Source: Candidatus Thorarchaeota archaeon
GTDB taxonomy: Archaea > Asgardarchaeota > Thorarchaeia > Thorarchaeales > Thorarchaeaceae
DNA length: 64,000 nucleotides
Direction of reading: 5' to 3'
NCBI GenBank assembly: GCA_029855935.1
Contig: JAGSHN010000012.1
Span: forward strand, 192,001-256,000
The notes beneath the pieces were generated by a model. The model had not been told where the DNA came from, made no database searches, and saw only the letters and a program-made list of their open reading frames with translations. The stretch's first letter is position 1; each line of letters starts with the position of its first letter. A program made the translations under genes and the position numbers. Positions 37,849 through 46,000 of the stretch are shown piece by piece.

Positions 37849-38937
37849 CTATCGCTCCCTCTTCCCCTCTATGAACTCGTCGACTCTCCTTCTGGCCTCA
37901 AAATCGTCAATCTGATATCGTGGATGCTTGAAGCTGTACGAGCTGATACTTGACAGCTCACCGCCTATTCCCCTGTCAAGGGCAATCTTGATGGCCCTCA
38001 CGACGTCTATGATCACGCCGGCCGAGTTGGGCGAGTCCTGTACTGAGAGCTTGAGGTGAAGGTCCAGTGGCAGGTCGCCGAAGGCCCTTGCTCTTATCGT
38101 GATGTAGCAGACCTTGTTGTCACCAAGGAAAGGCACATAGTCGCTCGGACCAATCTTCGTCGGCAGCTCGTAGTCGACACAGCTCGTCACAGCCTCGGTC
38201 TTGCTGACACGCTTTGTCTTCAGACGGTCCTCGACCTGCATGTTCTCAAAGTCTGTGTTGCCGCCGATGTTCAGCTGATACGTGTTCTCAAGGATGAGGC
38301 CCCTCTTGTCATACAGCTGCGTGAGCACACGATGAAGGATAGTGGCACCAAGCTGGCTCTTGATGTCATCGCCTGCACACGGTATCCCTCGCTTCTCGAA
38401 CTCCTTGGCGTAGGGACTGCTCGGGTCCGACACGATGAACTCTGGAATCGCGTTGATGAAGGCAACGCCAGCATCAAGTGCCGCCTGCGCGTAGAGCCTG
38501 GAACCCTCGGCGCTTCCCACCGGCAGATAGTTGATGAGAACATCTGCCCTTGCTCGCCTGAGTTCCTCCGCAACATCCACCGGCTCGATCTCGTTCGGGT
38601 CATAGGTGTAGAATGATTCTCTCATATGGGGGGCAACGCCATCTGCTATGGGCCCCGGTAGCACTTTCGCTCCCGTCTTCGGTACATCTGGTGCAAACTT
38701 CCAGCAACAGTTAGGCTCCACCCAGATTGCATCGGCAATGTCCAGTCCTATCTTTCTCCTGTTGACTTCAAAGGCGGCGACAAACTTGAGGTCTCGCGGA
38801 AAGTATCCGCCGAAGTCAACGTGCATGAGGCCGGGAATCTCCTCATCAGGTTTGGCGTCCCTGTAGTAGTGGACGCCCTGAACGAGGGCGGAGGCACAGT
38901 TTCCAAGCCCAGCTATAGCGACACGAATCTCACCCAT
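37849..38937 (-). CDS. ino1: Inositol-3-phosphate synthase
   Basis: GLGNCAS, GDDIKSQLGAT, QLNIGGNTDF, DSPNSAG. Confidence 0.95.
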   Translation of the reverse strand: MGEIRVAIAGLGNCASALVQGVHYYRDAKPDEEIPGLMHVDFGGYFPRDLKFVAAFEVNRRKIGLDIADAIWVEPNCCWKFAPDVPKTGAKVLPGPIADGVAPHMRESFYTYDPNEIEPVDVAEELRRARADVLINYLPVGSAEGSRLYAQAALDAGVAFINAIPEFIVSDPSSPYAKEFEKRGIPCAGDDIKSQLGATILHRVLTQLYDKRGLILENTYQLNIGGNTDFENMQVEDRLKTKRVSKTEAVTSCVDYELPTKIGPSDYVPFLGDNKVCYITIRARAFGDLPLDLHLKLSVQDSPNSAGVIIDVVRAIKIALDRGIGGELSSISSYSFKHPRYQIDDFEARRRVDEFIEGKRER

Positions 38938-39000
38938 GAGGCTTCACCATCCAAAGTATTCTCTGGCCATAGAATAGTCGTTTCTTTTAAAACTATCGAG

Positions 39001-39858
39001 CTATGATTTGTCCTCAGAATCCCCCTCCGTTGGTGGCCCGCTGTCCTCTCCCCGCGGATAGTCTGAGAATAGAATGCGGCGCACCGAGGTCACAGTCTTG
39101 GGTCCGATGCCGGGTATCTGTATCCAGTCCTCAGTACGGTTTAGTGCCTCGATGGGAGAGTGGAACCCGCTGAGTATGCTCCGAGCACGCACAACATTGA
39201 CGCCCGGGAGTCCAGCAAGAAAGAACTCCTGTTCATCCGCCAGAGTGTCCCTTGTCTTCCGTGTTCGAATCACGGGGAGGCGCTCTCCCTTTCTCATATC
39301 GGGGCGTACGTCAGGGACGAGGATGGAGAGAAGGAGTCCCGCTGAATGCACTGCGTTGTAGCCCTCTATTATCTCAATGCCCCTGTCCCGTATGCTCTGA
39401 ATCAATGAGTCGAGTGACGATGGATGTATCCTGCTGACAAGTTCCATCGTCACCACATAGGGCTTTCCCTTTGTAGGACGGGACTTCATAGGGATGTAGA
39501 TGCAACCCTTGACTGGGTCACGGCGAATGGACAGTATGTTCTCGATGAGCAGATACGGCCTCTTGTACTCCAGCAGCCCCTCGAGCTGTCTTGTCAGTCT
39601 GGGCACACCAGTGGAGCTTCCCTGCAATGTGTGGACCAGATCGCTCACGGTCTTTCTCTCGATGACAATATCATCCGGACCGAGGATGTCGCCGATGGGT
39701 ATCTGCTCTACCGTGTACGTGACTCTCTCTTGGTCCAGTAGCCGCATCAGATGTTTGACGGCATTTTGTTTCTTGCCACGGGTCTCGTGAACATCGATTA
39801 CAATCTCAGGAACATTTCCAAAGAGGTCCGCCTGCATCTCTCCTTCACTCGTCCTCAA
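39001..39858 (-). CDS. ERCC4/XPF-family structure-specific nuclease with (HhH)2
   Basis: GD...IERKTVSDL; LPGVN and IPGIGPKT HhH motifs. Confidence 0.88.
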   Translation of the reverse strand: MRTSEGEMQADLFGNVPEIVIDVHETRGKKQNAVKHLMRLLDQERVTYTVEQIPIGDILGPDDIVIERKTVSDLVHTLQGSSTGVPRLTRQLEGLLEYKRPYLLIENILSIRRDPVKGCIYIPMKSRPTKGKPYVVTMELVSRIHPSSLDSLIQSIRDRGIEIIEGYNAVHSAGLLLSILVPDVRPDMRKGERLPVIRTRKTRDTLADEQEFFLAGLPGVNVVRARSILSGFHSPIEALNRTEDWIQIPGIGPKTVTSVRRILFSDYPRGEDSGPPTEGDSEDKS

Positions 39859-40483
39859 ACAGTGTCATGACTGCCGCCATGGCCACTTCTCGCGCAAGGT
39901 TCGGGTCATCCGATGCTCCGATGATCACAACATCGCCGTCGTTGGGACGCAGGCTCTCAAGTATCAATGTCGCCTCTCTCTCGTTAGACAGTAGTACATT
40001 GTGGTCATTGGGCGGCATCAACAGCAGCCCGTCGCGCATCACGAGTGTTGTCGCGCCTGCACGGTTTCGACCACCCTGAATGATGGCCTCATCGCGCTGG
40101 CGGACTCCATCAGTCACTAGATGGGCACGACCTCTGACCAGATTCGCATATGTGTGAGGGAAGACTGCCAGGGCTCCGACATCGAGGTATAGGCCTATGG
40201 GGACATCCCTCAGAATATCCTTGAAGACCCTCTGTCCCCTGGCCGTCAGCCTCTGGCCCTGTCTGCCATCAGCGACGATCAGGCCCGCGTCTGCTAGACG
40301 CTTCAGGAGCGTACGAACGCTGCCCTCTCCTATAGACATATTCTGACGCAGTTCGTAGCGTCCTACCGGTTGCTGCCGTCCGATCATAATGAGGGCCACA
40401 GCCGCGTGGAATGGTCTGAACACGGGCGGGACCCGTCCGTCCGCCGGGCTGGCAAGTTTCTCCAGCGTCTCTCTCCACGACAC
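39845..40483 (-). CDS. Winged-helix protein, DUF4443/DUF2111-like
   Basis: PVGRYEL...IGEGSVRTLLKRL; GVRQRDEAI, GATTL. Confidence 0.78.
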   Translation of the reverse strand: MSWRETLEKLASPADGRVPPVFRPFHAAVALIMIGRQQPVGRYELRQNMSIGEGSVRTLLKRLADAGLIVADGRQGQRLTARGQRVFKDILRDVPIGLYLDVGALAVFPHTYANLVRGRAHLVTDGVRQRDEAIIQGGRNRAGATTLVMRDGLLLMPPNDHNVLLSNEREATLILESLRPNDGDVVIIGASDDPNLAREVAMAAVMTLFEDE

Positions 40484-40525
40484 GCCAGTAGTCTCCTTCT
40501 GTGTGTACGCACTTGCCGTCTCTTT

Positions 40526-41107
40526 TTACTCTTCGCCTGTCAGTTCTTCCGATGAGATGTCCCAGATTTGCGGTCCAAACTCGCGCTCAATAGTCCGACT
40601 CAGGAGTGGTATGACAGTCGCGAAGAGGACGGAATTCGAGATCAGATGGACGACGTGAAAGAGGACTCCTGCAATGACGGCAACGAAGAAGGGAATGCCG
40701 AATGCAAGAGAGTATCCTATGTCGGTGATGAGGTCGAACTCTAGGGTCAGCGCTGCACCGAGGAGAGCAAGCTCCCCAGAGGTGGCCGCGTGACCTGGGC
40801 GCCTTGTCAGATCTGCAATGATGACAATATAGACCCATCCTATCATTTGAGCGAACCAGATCTGAGGGATAAATGCGCCCCACGGATTGATCATCGCAAA
40901 TACCAGCGATGATATCACCGCGCACGGGATGCCGACCTGGCCTCCAAAGACCATGCCCGTGAGGAACAGGACAGTTGTCCCGAGCTCAACACTCGGCACC
41001 GCCACGAGGGCATATTCTCCCACCAGTGTCACGGCTGTCATCAGCGAGGTGATGGCGACCCGCCGACTGGGGCTGAGGGCCATCGTGTCAGCGGGCTTGT
41101 TCATCAT
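40526..41107 (-). CDS. ECF transporter S component (CbrT-like)
   Basis: VPSVELGT, about 5-6 TM, HLISNSVLF. Confidence 0.78.
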   Translation of the reverse strand: MMNKPADTMALSPSRRVAITSLMTAVTLVGEYALVAVPSVELGTTVLFLTGMVFGGQVGIPCAVISSLVFAMINPWGAFIPQIWFAQMIGWVYIVIIADLTRRPGHAATSGELALLGAALTLEFDLITDIGYSLAFGIPFFVAVIAGVLFHVVHLISNSVLFATVIPLLSRTIEREFGPQIWDISSEELTGEE

Positions 41108-41120
41108 ATCAGAACATCTC

Positions 41121-41900
41121 CTATCTGCGCAATACGCGCGTGGCTACCATCACCGCCACGACCACCACAGCAACGACACCCACAACCACGAGAGGTAGCA
41201 CTGGTCCAAGACCTGTTGCGGGCGTCACTATTCTCGCGAGTTCCAGGGTGAGAACATACGGTGTACCAAAAGAGTAGCTCGAATTCGCCCAGACAAGGAC
41301 TCCAGATTCCGTGTCGTACGCCAGCGTGGTCCTCTGTGACTCGCCATACGGGGTCGGGTCCTGTTCATAGTCAAAGACTATACAACTATAGGTGTGTCCC
41401 CGCACGGCGATGTCTTCGTATCTCGACTCCATAGTTCCATTCAGATAGTTTCCCTTCACTCTCGCGGCTGCTGCGTAGGCGGTCTCGTTCAGTGCATTGA
41501 TACTCTTGCTGTCTGTCTCGATCACAAGGCCTGGGAAGAACTGAGTCTTGCCCCACACACCAAGGACGAGCTCTCTAGCGATGGAGGTGTCATTGGCATT
41601 CACTGTCAGGTTTCCAATCGTCAGAATGCCCTCAATATCATCAGTCACATTCTCAATTGAGAACACCATCTTCTCACCGGGGGTTGTGAGCCACTTCTCG
41701 TCGCTCGACCATCCCCACGAGAACGGAACATCCGGGCAGTCTGTGACATTCCACTCGATCACAGTACCAGCACTGGCGCCAGAGCCTCCCTGAATCACCG
41801 GGCTATAACTCATCATCAGTGCCCTGCTGGGGATTGCAGGTGCAACCAGCATCACCACCAGCAGAGCGACCAGAACAGAGCTAGTCGTTGTTCTCGACCT
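41121..41900 (-). CDS. Secreted, membrane-anchored hypothetical protein
   Basis: Signal peptide, beta-rich body with several NxS/T sequons, YDTESGVLV, C-terminal TM; start approximate. Confidence 0.72.
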   Translation of the reverse strand, partial: RSRTTTSSVLVALLVVMLVAPAIPSRALMMSYSPVIQGGSGASAGTVIEWNVTDCPDVPFSWGWSSDEKWLTTPGEKMVFSIENVTDDIEGILTIGNLTVNANDTSIARELVLGVWGKTQFFPGLVIETDSKSINALNETAYAAAARVKGNYLNGTMESRYEDIAVRGHTYSCIVFDYEQDPTPYGESQRTTLAYDTESGVLVWANSSYSFGTPYVLTLELARIVTPATGLGPVLPLVVVGVVAVVVVAVMVATRVLRR

Positions 41901-42412
41901 CAATTGCGTTTCCTCCTTCCGTACTGAATCAGCAGGATGAAGAGGCCCCACCCCGCGACGAGGGCCGATCCCAGATATAGCGACGTATCTTCGTACGTCA
42001 ACGACGTACCGGGTTGCACCGTGCTCGTGTCAATCCCATGACTTGGCAGGCGCCACTCCACAACATCCCCGTCGCTGAGGATGTACTTGTTCGCCGCCAC
42101 GGGACCCAGCTCTCCGTTGACCCAATACTGCCACCATAGGTCACGGTCGGGATCATTGGACACCCCCGCGATTGATGTGACAAAAACAAGATCGCCGTAC
42201 CACTCGTATTCAACCGGTACTGCCGCCTCTGTGACATTCAGTACAGTCATTCCGGTCAGCCCGTCGAAGTGGAGGGTTGTGCCATTTCCGAAGTCGATTA
42301 CGAGCTGGACATCGGTCGCTGAGGTCACATAGGTATGCGTCGGCGCGGCTACGGCCGTGTTGCAGCCAAGAATCGCCAGCAGGAGAATCGCTGACAGTAT
42401 CTGTGGCCACAA
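41900..42412 (-). CDS. DUF4430 (transcobalamin C-terminal-like) surface protein
   Basis: FVTSIAGV...WWQYWVNG...AANKYILSDGDVVEW; signal peptide and C-terminal TM. Confidence 0.85.
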   Translation of the reverse strand: MWPQILSAILLLAILGCNTAVAAPTHTYVTSATDVQLVIDFGNGTTLHFDGLTGMTVLNVTEAAVPVEYEWYGDLVFVTSIAGVSNDPDRDLWWQYWVNGELGPVAANKYILSDGDVVEWRLPSHGIDTSTVQPGTSLTYEDTSLYLGSALVAGWGLFILLIQYGRRKRN

Positions 42413-42571
42413 TAGTCGCAGAGTGATTCCTCCTTGTAGGATATGTTGACCTATGACACAGAGAATCGGTTTTTAAGGATTCCTCTACGATGGGAGATCA
42501 GTTTCCCTGGCGAATGGCAGCAAGGCCCCTAGGGGATTCGCTGCAAGGACATAACAGGACGATGAACTCCA

Positions 42572-43216
42572 TTGAGGAAAGATATCAGAGAGGGACATCG
42601 TGGGCACCTATTCGTTCTTGAGGGGATAGATGGTGCTGGGAAGACATCGGCAGCAAATCTCCTGCGGGACAGGCTCGTCCGGGATGGCCTCGATGTGGTG
42701 CTGCTGCGTGAGCCGACGACAGAGAGTCCCTGGGGCCAGGAGATACGTCGACGTTCGCCGTCTGGTGAGCTGACGCCGATGGAGGAGCTAGACCTGTTCT
42801 TGCGGGATCGCGAGTGGAACGTCCGCCATAGAGTCCTGCCCGCGCTTGAGAGTGGTCGCGTGGTGATAATGGATCGCTACTTCTTTGCCTCCGGTGCCTA
42901 CCAGAGCACAAGCACTGGAATACACTGGTCAGAGATACTCCGTCGGAACCGCGAGGAGATTGGTGCACCCGAGCCTGACATAGTCTTTCTGCTTGACGTG
43001 CCCGTCGAGGTCGCTCTGTCCCGTCTGCACGGGCGTCACGAGGACAGGAATCTCCAGTTTGAGCTTCGCGACCGGCTTGAGGCTGTCCGTGCTGCGTATC
43101 TTGAGATGGCCGCTGAAGATAGCGCCAAGTTCGTCGTCGTCGATGCTACGAGACCTCTGGAGGAGGTCGTCGATACGATAGCCCGTCACATCCTTGATAG
43201 GTTGAAGTCCTCCTGA
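42572..43216 (+). CDS. tmk: Thymidylate kinase
   Basis: EGIDGAGKT, REP, DRY, AYQ, PD. Confidence 0.95.
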   Translation: MRKDIREGHRGHLFVLEGIDGAGKTSAANLLRDRLVRDGLDVVLLREPTTESPWGQEIRRRSPSGELTPMEELDLFLRDREWNVRHRVLPALESGRVVIMDRYFFASGAYQSTSTGIHWSEILRRNREEIGAPEPDIVFLLDVPVEVALSRLHGRHEDRNLQFELRDRLEAVRAAYLEMAAEDSAKFVVVDATRPLEEVVDTIARHILDRLKSS

Positions 43217-43324
43217 GGCCCAGAATGCGAGCATTTGAGTGACAAGCTTTTTTAGGCGTGCCTCAAGATGGCTTTCGAAGCTTCCTCTTAACGCAGCATC
43301 TCTCAGCGATGCTTGGAGACTGTA

Positions 43325-44470
43325 ATGATGCCCGTCGCGCTGCTCCTCATAGACTGGGACTCGAAGATTGGTGCCGTATTGAAGGCAAAGGTGCCAGCTG
43401 ACTTTGCAGACTATTACAGGGAAGATCTCAACACAGAGATCATGAGGATATTCACCTCCCACGCAATGGGGGATGCGTCTGCAGGGTTCGCCTCACTGAG
43501 CGTCAGGATTGGGGGCGAGGAGTACAATGTCGCCTCCTACTACACTGGCATCGTGCGTGAAGAAGAACAGTACTGCGTTTCCCTGCTGCTGGCACCGAAC
43601 GAGGACCCCAAGGCCTATGAGGGTGCCCTGACGTCCGTCGTGTCACACATCACGAATGCAGTCGTGTCGATGACCGATGCGGAGCTCCAAGAGGAGCTGG
43701 AGAACACCTATCGACGTATCATCCGCTTGGCAGGGATGACCGATGAGAGTCGTCTGGCCCGTCTGTTTGCCGACGAGGTGACACGTGCGGTCTTTCCCAA
43801 GCTCTGGAAGGGCGGGGTCTCGAAAGAAGATCTTGAGGAATGGCTCAAGATGGTGACGGGTCTCCCGAGCATAAGTGTCGACTCTATCATCGCACCGTTC
43901 GAGGAGCTCGGCTTGGTGAAGACAGAGTGGGTCGATGAGATTGGTCGAACGTGCGTCTTCCTGATCAAGGACATCGAGATATTCCGTGCTCCACCTCTTA
44001 TGGCGATGGAGGCTGCAAGCTCCATGCTCGACCCGGAGCTTGCCGCTGAGTACAAGACAGAGGTCCTAGAGTTCCTGACAGAATGGCAGAAGACGCCTGA
44101 GGACACGGTCGCCATAGCCGAGATACTGGCAGATCCAGACTGCTACGACGTACTCTCAGAGTTGCGCAGACGCCCTGTCAACCTTGCGGAACTAGAGGCC
44201 ACACTGAAGATGATTCCCGCAAGGGACCTACGAATAGCAATTCAGAAGATGAAGAAGTATCGTGTCGTGACGGAGAAGCGACGCAAGGGTCCCTCTGGGG
44301 AGTATGACAAGTGGTTGTTCCTGCTCAACGACATCAGAGTGCGGCTGTTCTTCCCCGAGTACTTCCTGCGTACTCTCGTGTCTGACCTTGAGAAGAATCC
44401 GGACGATCCAAAGATGCGCCAGCTTGTGCAGCATCATCTCCGCCTATTGCGAGAGAATTTTCCGCGCTAG
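43325..44470 (+). CDS. Longin/uDENN-like domain protein with C-terminal winged-helix-like domains
   Basis: LLIDWDSKIGAVLKAKVP N-terminus; longin-type secondary-structure pattern; two HTH-like segments. Confidence 0.65.
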   Translation: MMPVALLLIDWDSKIGAVLKAKVPADFADYYREDLNTEIMRIFTSHAMGDASAGFASLSVRIGGEEYNVASYYTGIVREEEQYCVSLLLAPNEDPKAYEGALTSVVSHITNAVVSMTDAELQEELENTYRRIIRLAGMTDESRLARLFADEVTRAVFPKLWKGGVSKEDLEEWLKMVTGLPSISVDSIIAPFEELGLVKTEWVDEIGRTCVFLIKDIEIFRAPPLMAMEAASSMLDPELAAEYKTEVLEFLTEWQKTPEDTVAIAEILADPDCYDVLSELRRRPVNLAELEATLKMIPARDLRIAIQKMKKYRVVTEKRRKGPSGEYDKWLFLLNDIRVRLFFPEYFLRTLVSDLEKNPDDPKMRQLVQHHLRLLRENFPR

Positions 44471-44940
44471 GGGCGGTTCCCCCGCAGTGGCCACAGATGT
44501 GGCTTACTGCTGGTCTCAACAGTCTGCCGCCGCGTGCTGATTGCTCTTCTGCAACAAACAACCCCTTTTGAGCCAGAATTCCTCACAAGTAAATTTCATA
44601 TGTGATTGTGCAGATGATTATGACGCAGTTTCTTAGGAGACTGCAGAGCTCAAACCCAAGATGCGCGAAGCTCCCCGTCGGAAACTCGCATGTCCGAACT
44701 TGGTCCCTACATAGAGTTTCTAGCATTGGTCCCCTTGCAATACTTGCGCATACGTGTTTTGTTTCGCGTATCTTGGAGTGCGAGCGGGTCCATGTGACCT
44801 GTGGATGCGGGTGGTTCGCCTCTCACGGCCTCTGGCCGGCGGCCCCCTCATCCCTATCTCTGGTTGTTGTCCTGTCGGTCTGCTCTCAATGAGCCATTAG
44901 GCATCTGCACGAGAGGTGGTGGCCGGTTTCACCTCTGGCT

Positions 44941-45894
44941 TCACGCGAGACGCTTCTCGAACCAGATTCTCCAGTATCTGGTGACGTAACCCAGTTTCCT
45001 GTAGAGTCGTATGGCGGGCTCGCTCTTGTCATTGACCACCAGTTCGGAGGTCTTGAGTCCCCTCTGGGCAGCCCTGTGGAGGACCTCCTGAAGTAGCGTC
45101 TTGCCATACCCTCTGCCACGGTACTCGGGCAGGACCCCAATACCGTGGATTAGGACACTCTTTCTGTCCTCCCGTCCTCGCGGCGTGAAAGGCCAGCCAA
45201 CGCAGTATCCCACGGCACGGTCCTCCACTCTCCCAAATATGCAGAGCTCCCTGACAAAGCCGGGGCGTTGTGCCCGTCTCAGAAATGTTTCAGCAGTGAC
45301 CTCCTCGTACTGAAATGCGCCACGGAAGATAGTGTTCTGAAGATTGGCCCATTCCTCTGCGTCCCTGTCCTCAATCTCACAGATCCTCAGCTCAGGCGGG
45401 ATGTCGGGCTTCGATACACTGCTGATATCAGGATGCAGCATCTTGAACCAGCGTCCCACCTCTCTGAACTGGTGATGTTGTGCAAACCTGACCGCTGGTT
45501 CCGAGAAGGATGGGACATTACACTGGAGCAGTGTAGCACCGCGCTCTCTGGCCATATTGTCTATCCGCTGAAGTATGGCGCTACCGATTCCGTGTCGTCT
45601 GTGAGTTGGGTGGACGAAGATGGAGAAATATGCCGTTGGTGGTGTGACAGAACGTACTCGGAGGTGTCCCATACCTATGACATCGCCCCTGCTGCTGACT
45701 GCGATGACAACATCACGCTCGGGGTCGATTCCGAGCCCAGCAAAGCTCTTGCGAAAGTAGTCACCGTCGATGTCCACGTGGTCGGGATTCTCGTGGCGGC
45801 TGACGGCATTGTATAGTGCGGCAATATCATCGTAGATCTCACTGTAGCCCGTTTCAATTGTGACTCCTGGAATACGCATGACTCCACCACGCAT
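44941..45894 (-). CDS. Tandem GNAT N-acetyltransferase
   Basis: VHPTHRRHGIG and VLPEYRGRGYG; AIRLYRKLGY. Confidence 0.92.
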   Translation of the reverse strand: MRGGVMRIPGVTIETGYSEIYDDIAALYNAVSRHENPDHVDIDGDYFRKSFAGLGIDPERDVVIAVSSRGDVIGMGHLRVRSVTPPTAYFSIFVHPTHRRHGIGSAILQRIDNMARERGATLLQCNVPSFSEPAVRFAQHHQFREVGRWFKMLHPDISSVSKPDIPPELRICEIEDRDAEEWANLQNTIFRGAFQYEEVTAETFLRRAQRPGFVRELCIFGRVEDRAVGYCVGWPFTPRGREDRKSVLIHGIGVLPEYRGRGYGKTLLQEVLHRAAQRGLKTSELVVNDKSEPAIRLYRKLGYVTRYWRIWFEKRLA

Positions 45895-46000
45895 AACTAC
45901 TGCATAGATTTCCTTATTACCTCCACTCTGCCTAGCAGACCCATAGAACTGATAATCAACAAGAGATTGTGAGATTCAATTCAGTCCCTGGTGAATTAGA

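Noticed and set aside
42413-42571. Cobalamin riboswitch upstream of the DUF4430/ECF genes
   Set aside because: No recognisable B12-box; a TATA-like element lies close to the start, leaving little leader
44620-44648. Second SECIS element
   Set aside because: No unpaired AA in the loop, and the upstream gene has no in-frame UGA
44602-44892. 96-aa ORF in the large intergenic gap
   Set aside because: Composition is not protein-like and there are no motifs; kept only as a possible ncRNA region
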